A stretch of 64,000 nt of DNA from Cyclobacteriaceae bacterium (GTDB taxonomy: Bacteria > Bacteroidota > Bacteroidia > Cytophagales > Cyclobacteriaceae), in the NCBI GenBank assembly GCA_024644875.1, contig JAHEGY010000006.1, positions 11,439-75,438 of the forward strand, given 5' to 3'. The notes beneath the pieces were generated by a model. The model saw nothing but the letters and a program-made list of their open reading frames with translations, searched no databases and was not told the DNA's origin. This document shows positions 36,042 to 45,806 of this stretch, piece after piece. A program made the translations under genes and the position numbers. How positions within the stretch are numbered: position 1 is the stretch's first letter; every line of letters starts with the position of its first letter.

Positions 36042-37598
36042 CTATTTTAAGGTATTTTCAAATAATAATATCGAAGCCCTCTTCTTTTCTATATCCTCTG
36101 CATTGTTGACCTTTTGTATTGTCAACACATTTTGAAGGTACATAGCGCCGACCAGAATATCCAGATCTCCATCCATATCGAAATCACCAGTGGTAATTGT
36201 ATTCCACTGGTTATCACTGGCTGCGCTGAACGAATATGGTGTATAATTGTAAATCCCGGTACATTCAAAATACATAATGCCCCTTTCAGGATTATTATTC
36301 ATATCTGCAAAATTGGCGGCAACCATCATATCCAGATCTCCATCCCCATCAAAATCATTTACCTCGGCCTTTGCGGCTCCATATACGGAGAAAAAGTACT
36401 TTTGTATAAAACTATCACTTCCATCGTTTTCCAGGATCCTGATGCCATGATATGGCTTAAGGATCATCGAATAATCAAAATTATCACCACAGACATAGAG
36501 GATATCCATATGACCATCATTGTTAAAATCCTCTAAATCTATAAACATAGAACCATATACTGCGGGATACCTGGCCACTATTTTTGCATTATCGGCACTG
36601 AAATTTCCCAATCCATCATTATAATAAATTACTATCCTTTCATCCCCCTGTGCAAACAGAACAACCACATCATCATGACCATCTTTATTAAAATCATAAG
36701 GCTCCATTGAAATGGATCCCGGAATCTCTTCAATTACCTCCCGTGAAAATTTTCCTGATGGAGTGGCCCTGTAAAAGGTTAATCGGCCGATATCGTTCCC
36801 ATATTCACAAACGATGTAGTCAGATTGGCCATCTCCTGAGAAATCTTTATAAATGCTCCGGACTGGCCTGTATAAAGAATCTAAAATTACTTCTATAGAT
36901 CCAGGATTGAACTGCATAGATCCCTGTTGACGAAGTACTGTTCCTTTATTTTCGTTATTCGGGTGTAATATCCCCGGCAATGTAATATCAAATCCATTTC
37001 CGAGCAACACCATATCCGTTGGGGGACTGTCAAGGACCAGTTTCTGATCAACATTTCCATTTAAGTCAAGTTTGTATAAAGTATTTGTCATACCATCTGC
37101 CGCAAAAACCTTTTTGGACGTTGAATCATATTTTAACATAGTAATAATAGAACTCCCCGATAAGCTATCTGTAAAGTTGGAAACTTTGAACATTGGGGGA
37201 TCGACTTTTGGTTCCGTTGGCAAAATGGCCTGCGGCATTTTCTGTGGGCTTCTTTCTATAAAGTAGGCTACAATCTTCTCCCATTCCTCCTGCTCCATTA
37301 CTGGTTCGTTCAACTGCCAGATAGGACTTATATTCGGATAACGTAATATGGAGTGATGATCCATCCCCAATCTCCGTCCCATTCTTGGCAGTACATTCAA
37401 TTGCCAGGTATCTTTATCTAATAAAGTAGGTGGCGTAAATACGTGGCAGGAAGTACAGTGAATTTGCGCAAGTTCCCCTCCCTCATGGATAATATCATCA
37501 TCAATCCTATTACGTTTTGAATTACAACCGATTATTAAGATGGCAAAGAATATGAAAAGTAGTCTTCGATAAATAAAAAATAAATGTGTCAAAAACAT
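36042..37598 (-). CDS. FG-GAP/VCBS-repeat lipoprotein with an N-terminal CxxCH haem-c-type motif
   Basis: Lipobox ...LIIGC. CTSCH lies at aa 48-52 (nt 37443-37457, verified on the DNA). The C-terminal half has repeated DxNxDGxxD FG-GAP calcium-type loops (DFNKDGHDDVV, DFNNDGHMDIL, DFDGDGDLDMM, DFDMDGDLDIL). Confidence 0.8.
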   Translation of the reverse strand: MFLTHLFFIYRRLLFIFFAILIIGCNSKRNRIDDDIIHEGGELAQIHCTSCHVFTPPTLLDKDTWQLNVLPRMGRRLGMDHHSILRYPNISPIWQLNEPVMEQEEWEKIVAYFIERSPQKMPQAILPTEPKVDPPMFKVSNFTDSLSGSSIITMLKYDSTSKKVFAADGMTNTLYKLDLNGNVDQKLVLDSPPTDMVLLGNGFDITLPGILHPNNENKGTVLRQQGSMQFNPGSIEVILDSLYRPVRSIYKDFSGDGQSDYIVCEYGNDIGRLTFYRATPSGKFSREVIEEIPGSISMEPYDFNKDGHDDVVVLFAQGDERIVIYYNDGLGNFSADNAKIVARYPAVYGSMFIDLEDFNNDGHMDILYVCGDNFDYSMILKPYHGIRILENDGSDSFIQKYFFSVYGAAKAEVNDFDGDGDLDMMVAANFADMNNNPERGIMYFECTGIYNYTPYSFSAASDNQWNTITTGDFDMDGDLDILVGAMYLQNVLTIQKVNNAEDIEKKRASILLFENTLK

Positions 37599-37713
37599 AT
37601 CTGTTTAAAATCAGAGGACAAATATACGGTTGTGAAATTATTTCATGATTAAGAATTCATTTTAAATTTTGACAAAACATAAGAATTATAAATTTTTTTA
37701 AAATTAACTAATA

Positions 37714-37733
37714 TTTTAGTTGTAAAACTAAAA
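37714..37733. promoter_or_regulatory. Perfect 8-4-8 palindrome immediately upstream of the BlaI-family gene (candidate operator)
   Basis: TTTTAGTT-GTAA-AACTAAAA at 37714-37733. A third half-site, TTTAGTT, lies at 37735-37741. The ATG is at 37744. Confidence 0.55.
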
Positions 37734-37743
37734 CTTTAGTTTT

Positions 37744-38148
37744 ATGTTTACCGTAGAATATATTAAGATGGATATAAAAGAACTTACAAAGGCGGAAGAA
37801 CAGGTAATGCAAATCCTGTGGGAAATAAAGAAAGGATTTGTTAAAGAGGTGATTGAAAAGATGCCGGAACCGAAACCCGCTTATAATACAGTATCCACCA
37901 TCATCAGGATATTAGAGAAAAAAGGATTTGTTGGCTATAATTCATTTGGGAAAACCCATGAATACTATCCATTGATCCCAAAAGATGAATACCGAAGCTT
38001 CTTCCTGAGGAATTTTATGGGTAACTATTTCGGTGGTTCTATAAAAAACCTAATGTCTTTCTTTGCGAAGGAACATCACCTTGATATACATGATATGGAA
38101 GAGATCATGAAATATGTAGAGGAAGATCTTAAATCGGAAAAAGAATGA
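37744..38148 (+). CDS. BlaI/MecI/CopY-family transcriptional repressor
   Basis: Winged-helix region LTKAEEQVMQILWE...GFVKEVIEKMPEPKPAYNTVSTIIRILEKKGFV. It overlaps the next gene by 4 bp. Confidence 0.88.
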   Translation: MFTVEYIKMDIKELTKAEEQVMQILWEIKKGFVKEVIEKMPEPKPAYNTVSTIIRILEKKGFVGYNSFGKTHEYYPLIPKDEYRSFFLRNFMGNYFGGSIKNLMSFFAKEHHLDIHDMEEIMKYVEEDLKSEKE

Positions 38149-39692
38149 ACGAGGTGCTAAAATATCTTATTGAGGCCAGCATCAGTATCAGTGTGTTTTA
38201 CCTGATCTATGTTTTCGTTTACAGTGGAGATAAAAACTCCAAATTCAACCGTATTTATCTGATTTCCAGTTCATTTTTAGCCGTCATACTCCCTGTTTTG
38301 AAAATCCCTGTTCTAGGGGGCAAGGAGATAGCGTATACAAATTCCTTACATCACGCCATACAACTGCCTGAGATTATTATTACCGATCAATATACAGTAA
38401 CAGCCACACAATCAGAATTTAGCCTCTCACAGGTAATTATGATTATTTATTTCACCGGACTGTCATTTTTCTTATTCCGGTTTTTATACGAGTTATTTCT
38501 GACCTTCAAACATATTAGTAACCGTTCCTCTAATTCCCTGAAATCTGCAGGTTACACCCTTATAAACACAAAGGGGAAATTCCCGACATGCAGTTTTTAC
38601 AAATACCTTTTCTGGGACGATACCCAGAATTTCAATGAGAAAGAATCCAACTTCATCATTAAACATGAAGAAGGCCATATACGTCAAAATCATACATTTG
38701 ACTTAATTTATCTGGAAATTTTGCGCATTATTTTCTGGTTTAATCCAATATTTCATGGTTATAAAAAGGCCATGCTTTCTGTTCATGAATACCTGGCGGA
38801 TGAATTTGCCCTTGCTAATTCAAACCAAAAGGGGTTCATTGCCCTGCTAGGCCGGCAGGTATTACAGAGACAAAACCTGACCTTGAGTAACCATTTCAGT
38901 AAATCTCAAACCGTAAAAAGAATTAAAATGATCAAATCAGAAAAAAAGAAACCTGCTGTTCTAAGATGGACAGTTATGGTCGCCGTTGTTCTCACCATGT
39001 TCTACTTTTTCTCATGTGAACAGGGTTACTCGCTGAATGAGCTTAAAATTGAAACTGCTAATCTGCCTGACCTGGGTGCGGGCTGGAACTATGTTGCCGT
39101 GGAATCCCTTTCAACCGGAATTTCGGAGAAGGTAAAGGTTATTAAGGCTGAAAATTCCTATGAATACGTTTATGTCGCCAAGGCAATTAGCGGCAGCATT
39201 CCTTTACCTGATCTGTCTGACCGTGATCTGAAACGCGATTACAGGGTCTGGTTTGAAAAAGAAGATGGGTCTTATTTTATAATCATCGGCGAAAAGGAAA
39301 AAGAACCTGGTCAGGAAGTGATATCCCAAACCCCTAAAAATGAAATTGAGGGAGAAGAAGTATTCAAGGTAGTAGATATCCAGCCCAAACCCCAGGGAGG
39401 TATACCTGAGTTTTTTAAATTCGTTTCGGAAAACGTGAAATATCCCGAGGAAGCAAAGAAGAATGGTATTCAGGGTAAAGTCTTTATTCAGTTTATTGTT
39501 AAGAAGGACGGAACTGTTGGTGATGTAAAATGTGTCCGGGGCATCCATCCATTATGTGATGAGGAGGCTGTACGGGTGATCAGTAACAGTCCCACCTGGG
39601 AGCCGGGACAGCAGGATGGTGAGCATGTTAATGTCCGCATGATCCTTCCGATATCTTTTAGTCTGGATGGTTCAGGAGAGAAAAAAGAATAG
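38145..39692 (+). CDS. BlaR1-like M56 peptidase sensor fused to a TonB C-terminal domain
   Basis: N-terminal TM helices, the M56 zinc motif HEEGHIRQNH, and a C-terminal TonB-C domain (VDIQPKPQGG...YPEEAKKNGIQGKVFIQFIVKKDGTVGDVK). Confidence 0.88.
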   Translation: MNEVLKYLIEASISISVFYLIYVFVYSGDKNSKFNRIYLISSSFLAVILPVLKIPVLGGKEIAYTNSLHHAIQLPEIIITDQYTVTATQSEFSLSQVIMIIYFTGLSFFLFRFLYELFLTFKHISNRSSNSLKSAGYTLINTKGKFPTCSFYKYLFWDDTQNFNEKESNFIIKHEEGHIRQNHTFDLIYLEILRIIFWFNPIFHGYKKAMLSVHEYLADEFALANSNQKGFIALLGRQVLQRQNLTLSNHFSKSQTVKRIKMIKSEKKKPAVLRWTVMVAVVLTMFYFFSCEQGYSLNELKIETANLPDLGAGWNYVAVESLSTGISEKVKVIKAENSYEYVYVAKAISGSIPLPDLSDRDLKRDYRVWFEKEDGSYFIIIGEKEKEPGQEVISQTPKNEIEGEEVFKVVDIQPKPQGGIPEFFKFVSENVKYPEEAKKNGIQGKVFIQFIVKKDGTVGDVKCVRGIHPLCDEEAVRVISNSPTWEPGQQDGEHVNVRMILPISFSLDGSGEKKE

Positions 39693-39730
39693 TATTTATC
39701 TGGATTTTAAAATACATTTTGAATACAAGA

Positions 39731-39764
39731 AATTATCCCAGTCTAACCTGGGATAATTTTTTTT
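39731..39764 (+). terminator. Intrinsic terminator after the BlaR1-like gene
   Basis: AATTATCCCAG (39731-39741) pairs with CTGGGATAATT (39748-39758) across a 6-nt loop. The T-run extends to 39764. Confidence 0.7.
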
Positions 39765-39812
39765 ATGGATAATGAAAAAATTATTTATTTACTGGAACCC
39801 AAGCTTATAAAA

Positions 39813-40225
39813 TCAGCCATTGATCTTATAGCCTGGTATCAGCCTTTCAAAAACCTGAACATCCAGTAATGCGGCCATTAAAACACCAAAACCAAACATA
39901 CCTATATCAACTATGTCATATGTTACACCCAGCACATATATGCCGAAAGCCTGCATGACTTCGGTAAAGGTGGCTAATGCAAAAACGATAAATGCCTTTA
40001 AATACCATTTCCTTAAAACCGGATCTGAACATCGTTTATACAAAGTTAAAAATAGATTGCAACAGGAATGAGGATATCTGATGCGTAACTGTAATACAAA
40101 ATATAAAGATCACCATTCAGATAGCTTCCTAATCGAAAGATATGTACCGAAGCTACTAACAGTGTGATACTAATACCTGTAGCAGTCCTTACTATCCGAT
40201 TTTTTTTTAATATATTCTGATTCAA
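39813..40225 (-). pseudogene. Small 4-TM membrane protein split by a 1-nt frameshift (DUF2809/VanZ-like by eye; family uncertain)
   Basis: Upstream part, TTG 40225 to TAA 40046: MNQNILKKNRIVRTATGISITLLVASVHIFRLGSYLNGDLYILYYSYASDILIPVAIYF*. Downstream part, 40043-39813: LYKRCSDPVLRKWYLKAF... One extra base in the A5 run at 40048-40052 (+ strand) fuses them into about 136 aa. Confidence 0.6.
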
Positions 40226-40269
40226 ATCTTACATTTTAAATCCTCTACAATTTGACGCTTTTCCGATGA

Positions 40270-41439
40270 TCAAATCGTTTTGATCAGAATTTCTTTCATT
40301 TCAGATTCAGACAGTTTTGCAGGGTTATTCTTATTTGAGGTGTTTTTCAGGATCCCAGGAATCATGTCCGGCTCTAATCCAAATTCACCTAACTTCGGTA
40401 ATCTGAACTTAAGTGTCAGGTCATATATTTTATTGATAAGAAACTCTGCATAAAACATATCGTCCCTATCTGAGGATCCATGAAAAATTCTACCAACTCC
40501 AGCATATTTTAAGATCGCTGGATCATCAGGATCCTCTTTCAAAAGCTTATTCAATGTAATCTCATTGGACACACTCATCAGGGATGCGCATATCAGTCCA
40601 TGTGGAATATCTACCCGCCCTCCTATTGAAGAAGCAAAACCATGTACAATTCCCAAGCCGGCATTCGCCAATGTTATACCGGAACAAAATGCAGCATAAG
40701 CCATTCCGGACCTGGCTTCAAGGTCAGTCCCGTCATTAACAACCCGCTCCAGGAATTTATCAATCATTTCCAGACCAGACAAAGCGATAGCATCTGTAAG
40801 AGTATTTGCAGAGGTTGATAAATAACTTTCCAATAACTGGGTAAAGGCATCCATCCCGCTCCAGATAGTTATATTCTCCTGACAATGAAGCGTGAGCTCA
40901 GGATCTATCAGTGCCAGATCGGGAATGAAATTATCATGTCTTAATGATCTCTTAAACCCATTTTCTCCCACACGACTTATAACCGAATTTTTTGTGGCCT
41001 CACTCCCCGTTCCGGATGTTGTTGGAAGTGCAAAAAAAGGAACTTTAGTCCCTGGATGTGATCTTCCATCTCCAACACCTTCAAGATAGTTAATAATGGG
41101 TTCTTTTAAAGGCAACATGGCAGAAATAGCTTTCCCGGCATCTAGTACACTCCCCCCTCCTATTGCAATGATTACATCGGGATCATAACCACTGAATGCC
41201 CTGACCGCTTCATTGATGATCTCAGGTGTCGGTTCCTTTCTAACCCTGATTAATTCAAAGACAATTTGATTGGTCTTAAAGGACTTTTCAATTTGATCCC
41301 AGTTCCCGGATTCTAAAAAAGACGACTCACCGGTAATCAGCAATATCCTATTCCCGAATTCAAGAATTTTCCCTGCAAGCAATTCCCGCTTACCAATTCC
41401 AAATTCGATATTGGGTGGTAATAAAACTTTATAATTCAT
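40270..41439 (-). CDS. Iron-containing (group III) alcohol dehydrogenase
   Basis: GGGSVLDAGKA NAD-binding motif and the His-rich metal site region (IPHGLICA, GIVHGFAS). Confidence 0.88.
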   Translation of the reverse strand: MNYKVLLPPNIEFGIGKRELLAGKILEFGNRILLITGESSFLESGNWDQIEKSFKTNQIVFELIRVRKEPTPEIINEAVRAFSGYDPDVIIAIGGGSVLDAGKAISAMLPLKEPIINYLEGVGDGRSHPGTKVPFFALPTTSGTGSEATKNSVISRVGENGFKRSLRHDNFIPDLALIDPELTLHCQENITIWSGMDAFTQLLESYLSTSANTLTDAIALSGLEMIDKFLERVVNDGTDLEARSGMAYAAFCSGITLANAGLGIVHGFASSIGGRVDIPHGLICASLMSVSNEITLNKLLKEDPDDPAILKYAGVGRIFHGSSDRDDMFYAEFLINKIYDLTLKFRLPKLGEFGLEPDMIPGILKNTSNKNNPAKLSESEMKEILIKTI

Positions 41440-41747
41440 TACCAGAGACCTTTATCCACAGGAGCGAGTATTTTGTGTTTTATGCCCTGGCGGGGTTGGG
41501 CCATCCAACCAGCAACAGTTTCCCTCCAGGTCAGATAGTGGGCAGTATTTTTATGTTCAGCTGAAGCCTCTTCCGATTCATACGCTTCATACAGAACAAA
41601 TTTTGAAGGATCAGCATCATCCTGCAATACGTCAAAGCGTAAATTACCAGGTTCCTTAATAGATTCCATGTGATTTGCTATCGATGCCTTTTTGAAATCC
41701 TCAATATGGCCGCCCTTAACCCAGATATGAACGAATGTAACAATCAT
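41439..41747 (-). CDS. ABM-domain (antibiotic biosynthesis monooxygenase-like) protein
   Basis: 102 aa with an alpha+beta ferredoxin-like pattern (GNLRFDVLQD...FVLYEAYESEEASAEH). Its stop overlaps the ADH start by 1 nt. Confidence 0.7.
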   Translation of the reverse strand: MIVTFVHIWVKGGHIEDFKKASIANHMESIKEPGNLRFDVLQDDADPSKFVLYEAYESEEASAEHKNTAHYLTWRETVAGWMAQPRQGIKHKILAPVDKGLW

Positions 41748-41985
41748 GATAATTTAATTTTATAATAAACTAGATCAGGTAATACAATATACATTAAATA
41801 TTAATTAAAAATTAAAGAAGTATATGGCATTAATTTGGCAGATATCCCTGACAATTCAATAGGTGCCAATAATTTAATTTACCAAAATTTAAATAAATTA
41901 TGTTTCCTCGAAAAAAAGACCGTTTCAGGAAATTTTTTTAACTTAATAAATGTTTTATAATTAGTAGAACAAAAACCCCAAGGCC

Positions 41986-43194
41986 ATGAATAATAATATA
42001 ACCTTTGCAGTTCTAATTCTTTTTTTGATTCCAATTTTTAGCGAAGCTCAATTAAAATCCAAGTTCAAGCGTAAAACTGAAGATGCGGTGGAGGAAGGGG
42101 TTAATAGCATTTTCGGTAAAAAGAAAAAGGATAAAGAAAAAGACGAAGCTTCAGAATCACCGGAAGGGGCAGAAGGAGGCGATCAGGTTACCCCTGTCGG
42201 GGCCGCGGATGCCAGTGATGAGGAAAAAGAGGAGTTAAAATGGGCTAAATATGATTTTGTGCCCGGCGACAGAATCATTTTTGAAGATGATCTTCTCACA
42301 GAAGAAAATGGTGAATTTCCCTCCAGATGGGATCTGGTTGCCGGGAATGCAGAAGTGGCTGAATTTGGAGGTGACATGGTAATAATGATGAGGGATGGAC
42401 ACCCTTCTATTATACCTTATTTTGAAAACCCTCAAAATGATTATTTACCGGATATCTTTACTATTGAATTTGATCTTTATTACCCTGGAGCCGGTATATT
42501 TGAAATACATTTGTATGACAAAAAAAATCAGAAATCTGGCAGTCCTACCGGGTATACAAGTATTGATATATACTATTCAAAAGAGATGCGAATGGCCAAC
42601 TTTAAGAGTAGTCTACCGGATGAAAACATTGAAAAAGCACGATGGATGCATATTGCAATCGCCTATACCAGTGGAAAATTAAAAGCCTATATGGATGAGA
42701 CCAGGCTGCTAAATATCCCGAGACTGGATTTTGATCCAAAAGGACTGACTTTATACACTTATCACGCGAAAAACGACAATTTATATTATCTCAAAAATAT
42801 CAGGATTGCAGAAGGGGGGGTCAAGTATTACGACAGAATTATGGAAGATGGCAAAATCATAGCTAACGGCATTCGGTTTGACGTAAATAAATCAACCTTA
42901 AAACCGGAGTCAATGGGAATTATCAATGAAATATTTGAATTGATGAAAAAATATCCTGATTTGAAATTCAGCATTGAGGGACATACCGACAGCGATGGAG
43001 AGGAGGCGTTTAACCAGACCTTATCGGAAGAAAGGGCCAAGACTGTCATGGATAAATTGACAAAAATGGGTATACCCGCGGAAAGATTAAGTTCAAAAGG
43101 CTGGGGTGAATCGATGCCATTAACATCGAATGGAACGGCTGAGGGGAAAGCCGAAAACAGGCGTGTTGAATTCGTCAACAATGAGAATTTATAA
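41986..43194 (+). CDS. OmpA-family protein with an unknown N-terminal domain
   Basis: Signal peptide and a Lys/Glu/Asp-rich linker. The C-terminal OmpA-like domain reads FDVNKSTLKPES...IEGHTDSDGEEAFNQTLSEERAKTV...NRRVEFV. Confidence 0.85.
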   Translation: MNNNITFAVLILFLIPIFSEAQLKSKFKRKTEDAVEEGVNSIFGKKKKDKEKDEASESPEGAEGGDQVTPVGAADASDEEKEELKWAKYDFVPGDRIIFEDDLLTEENGEFPSRWDLVAGNAEVAEFGGDMVIMMRDGHPSIIPYFENPQNDYLPDIFTIEFDLYYPGAGIFEIHLYDKKNQKSGSPTGYTSIDIYYSKEMRMANFKSSLPDENIEKARWMHIAIAYTSGKLKAYMDETRLLNIPRLDFDPKGLTLYTYHAKNDNLYYLKNIRIAEGGVKYYDRIMEDGKIIANGIRFDVNKSTLKPESMGIINEIFELMKKYPDLKFSIEGHTDSDGEEAFNQTLSEERAKTVMDKLTKMGIPAERLSSKGWGESMPLTSNGTAEGKAENRRVEFVNNENL

Positions 43195-43356
43195 GCCCTT
43201 ATGGGTTAACTGGATTGGATTCTCACAGATTTCGATTTTGGCAGTTTTATTCTCAGGCAGGTATATATAAAAATACGCGGTATGGTGTGGGGTTGTGGTA
43301 GATTTTGAACCTGTATGCGTTAGACCTGGCCAAAGCTGGTCTTGAGATTCCAAAGT

Positions 43357-44706
43357 TTAAGATGACTTAGATTCAGACAAACCTTTAAATGCCTGGTCGA
43401 CCTGTTCTGCTTTTTCACTAAAATATTCAATGATGGCCTTCATTTTTTTTATGATCTCCTCGTTACATAGATTCCCAATGCTTCCCTCATGGGTGTGATT
43501 GATTTCATAATCCGGCTGGTAAGATCCATTCTCTATCATCTCACCCACTTTTCGATATGCATCCCGGAATGACATACCCTTCAGCACGTATTGATTTACC
43601 TTTTCAACGCTAAAAAGAAATTTGTATTTATCTTTTTGGACAATATTATCATTTACTTTAATGCCAGATAGCATGAATTCAGACATGTACAGGCAATTCT
43701 TAAGCGTGACTATGGAATTCATCAGGTTCTCTTTCAATAATTGCATATCTCTATGATACCCGGCAGGAAGGTTTGTTGTCAACAGGCTGAATTCATATGA
43801 TACCGCTTTAATTTGATTGCACTTACCTCTTATCAACTCGAAAACATCCGGATTCTTTTTATGGGGCATAATACTGGAACCGGTAGTATATTCATCAGGG
43901 AAGCCGATAAATCCGAAATCCTGTCCCATATATAGGCAAATGTCAGTGGCCAGCTTTCCAATTGTATCGGCGATAAGCGCTATTGCATTTGCGAGTACTT
44001 TTTCAGCTTTACCCCTTCCCATTTGTGCATAAACGACATTATAATTCATGGAATCGAAAGCCAATAAATCGGTGGTCATTTGTCGGTTCAATGGAAATGA
44101 ACTTCCATACCCGGCTGCTGATCCCAAAGGATTCTGATTGATTATTTCGTATGCAGCTTTTAAGCTGACCATGTCGTCTGATAAACTCTCAGCATAAGCT
44201 CCGAACCAAAGCCCGAATGAGGAAGGCATAGCTACCTGGAAATGGGTGTATCCAGGCATCAGCTTTGACTGATAGGTTTCACTCAGGTTTATTAGCCTGT
44301 TAAACATATTATGGGTTAAGCCAACTATCTCCTGAATTTCATTCCTCATAAAAAGCTTTAAGTCAAGCAAAACCTGATCATTGCGACTTCGACCACTATG
44401 GATCTTTTTGCCTATATCTCCAAGTTCATTTGTTAATATAATCTCAACCTGCGAATGAATATCTTCAACACCTTTTTCAATACTGAATTTATCCTTCTTA
44501 ATATCTTCTAAAATAGCAATTAAGCCGGCTTGAAGTGAATTATATTCTGTTTCATTAATTAAATGAATATCTTTTAACATGGCAATATGAGCCAGGGATC
44601 CCATAACATCATAAAAAGCCAGTGACATATCCAATTCGGTGTCCTTGCCTATTGTAAAGTCTTCTATGATCTTGTTTACGTCATAGTTTTTTTGCCAGAT
44701 CTTCAT
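43357..44706 (-). CDS. argH: Argininosuccinate lyase
   Basis: Fumarate-lyase signature GSSIMPHKKNPD, plus HSGRSRNDQV. Confidence 0.93.
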   Translation of the reverse strand: MKIWQKNYDVNKIIEDFTIGKDTELDMSLAFYDVMGSLAHIAMLKDIHLINETEYNSLQAGLIAILEDIKKDKFSIEKGVEDIHSQVEIILTNELGDIGKKIHSGRSRNDQVLLDLKLFMRNEIQEIVGLTHNMFNRLINLSETYQSKLMPGYTHFQVAMPSSFGLWFGAYAESLSDDMVSLKAAYEIINQNPLGSAAGYGSSFPLNRQMTTDLLAFDSMNYNVVYAQMGRGKAEKVLANAIALIADTIGKLATDICLYMGQDFGFIGFPDEYTTGSSIMPHKKNPDVFELIRGKCNQIKAVSYEFSLLTTNLPAGYHRDMQLLKENLMNSIVTLKNCLYMSEFMLSGIKVNDNIVQKDKYKFLFSVEKVNQYVLKGMSFRDAYRKVGEMIENGSYQPDYEINHTHEGSIGNLCNEEIIKKMKAIIEYFSEKAEQVDQAFKGLSESKSS

Positions 44707-44744
44707 CTAAAGATTTTTATTAATTTTTGATACTATTTCATCAA

Positions 44745-45806
44745 TCATGAACAAATGATATTATCCAGAACCTGCTTATATATTTCAATTCCTTCCCGGA
44801 CCTCATCCAGGTATATATATTCATCTGCTGAATGAGACCTTAGAGAATCTCCTGGCCCCATTTTTACAGTGGGAAACTTCATTAATGCCTGATCTGATAA
44901 GGTTTTCGAACCAAATGTTTTAATATCCAATTTATCTGCCGTTTTTACCAGAATATGATCATGGGTAATTGAGGAGGGTTGAAGCCGGGTAGACCGGGCA
45001 TTAACCTGACTTTTCATATTATCCTTCATTATTTGAAGAACTTCTTCATTACTATAGGAATCCGTGTTCCTTACATCAACTACGAACTTGCAGGAATCAG
45101 GAATAACATTATGCTGGCTCCCGGATTCAATCATAGTTGCATTCATCATAACTGGACCCAAGGTGTCTGAGACCAGGGAAAAATTGTATTTCCTGATCCA
45201 TTCAATATCTTCCATGGCTAGGTATATGGCATTCATCCCTGTTCCACGGGCAGCATGACCCGATTTTCCAGTTGCCCGGCAATCCAGGACCATCAGACCT
45301 TTTTCCGCTATGGCCATCTGCATTCCTGTGGGTTCACCGACTATTCCAAAACTAATTTTTCCTATAGTTCCTAATACCGACTCAACACCATTTTTACCAG
45401 AAATTTCCTCTTCAGCCGAGGCCAGCATGATCAAATTGTATTTCAGGTTTCGAACATCATAAAATTGAAGAAAAACTGCTATCAGACTGACCAATGATGC
45501 TCCAGCATCGTTACTTCCCAGTCCAAAGAGCTTTTCATTTTCGATAACAGGTGTAAATGGGTCTATTGTCCAGTCGGAACCTGGTTTAACCGTGTCATGG
45601 TGTGAATTAAGGAGTATTGTCTTCCTGGAAGGGTCATAGTACTTATTTTTGGCCCAAATATTATTATGCTTTCTATGAACTTTAATATGCTGAAGTTTAA
45701 AAAATGACTCCAGTGCATCCGCGGTCGCGTCTTCTTCTTTACTGAAAGAAGGCTTACTTATTAAACTGCTAAGCAGCTCTACAATATGTTTGAATGATAT
45801 CTCCAA
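44745..45806 (-). CDS. argE: M20-family deacylase of the arginine pathway (acetylornithine deacetylase / N-acyl-citrulline deacylase type)
   Basis: M20 metal motifs (LNSHHDTV, GSNDAGAS, EEE). It sits between argB and argH with no intergenic gap to argB. Confidence 0.75.
   Translation of the reverse strand: MEISFKHIVELLSSLISKPSFSKEEDATADALESFFKLQHIKVHRKHNNIWAKNKYYDPSRKTILLNSHHDTVKPGSDWTIDPFTPVIENEKLFGLGSNDAGASLVSLIAVFLQFYDVRNLKYNLIMLASAEEEISGKNGVESVLGTIGKISFGIVGEPTGMQMAIAEKGLMVLDCRATGKSGHAARGTGMNAIYLAMEDIEWIRKYNFSLVSDTLGPVMMNATMIESGSQHNVIPDSCKFVVDVRNTDSYSNEEVLQIMKDNMKSQVNARSTRLQPSSITHDHILVKTADKLDIKTFGSKTLSDQALMKFPTVKMGPGDSLRSHSADEYIYLDEVREGIEIYKQVLDNIICS

Noticed and set aside
41452-41460. 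A perfect DnaA-box-like TTATCCACA.
   Set aside because: It is a single copy inside the 3' end of the ABM-domain CDS, with no cluster of boxes, AT-rich unwinding element or dnaA/dnaN nearby. It is not an origin.
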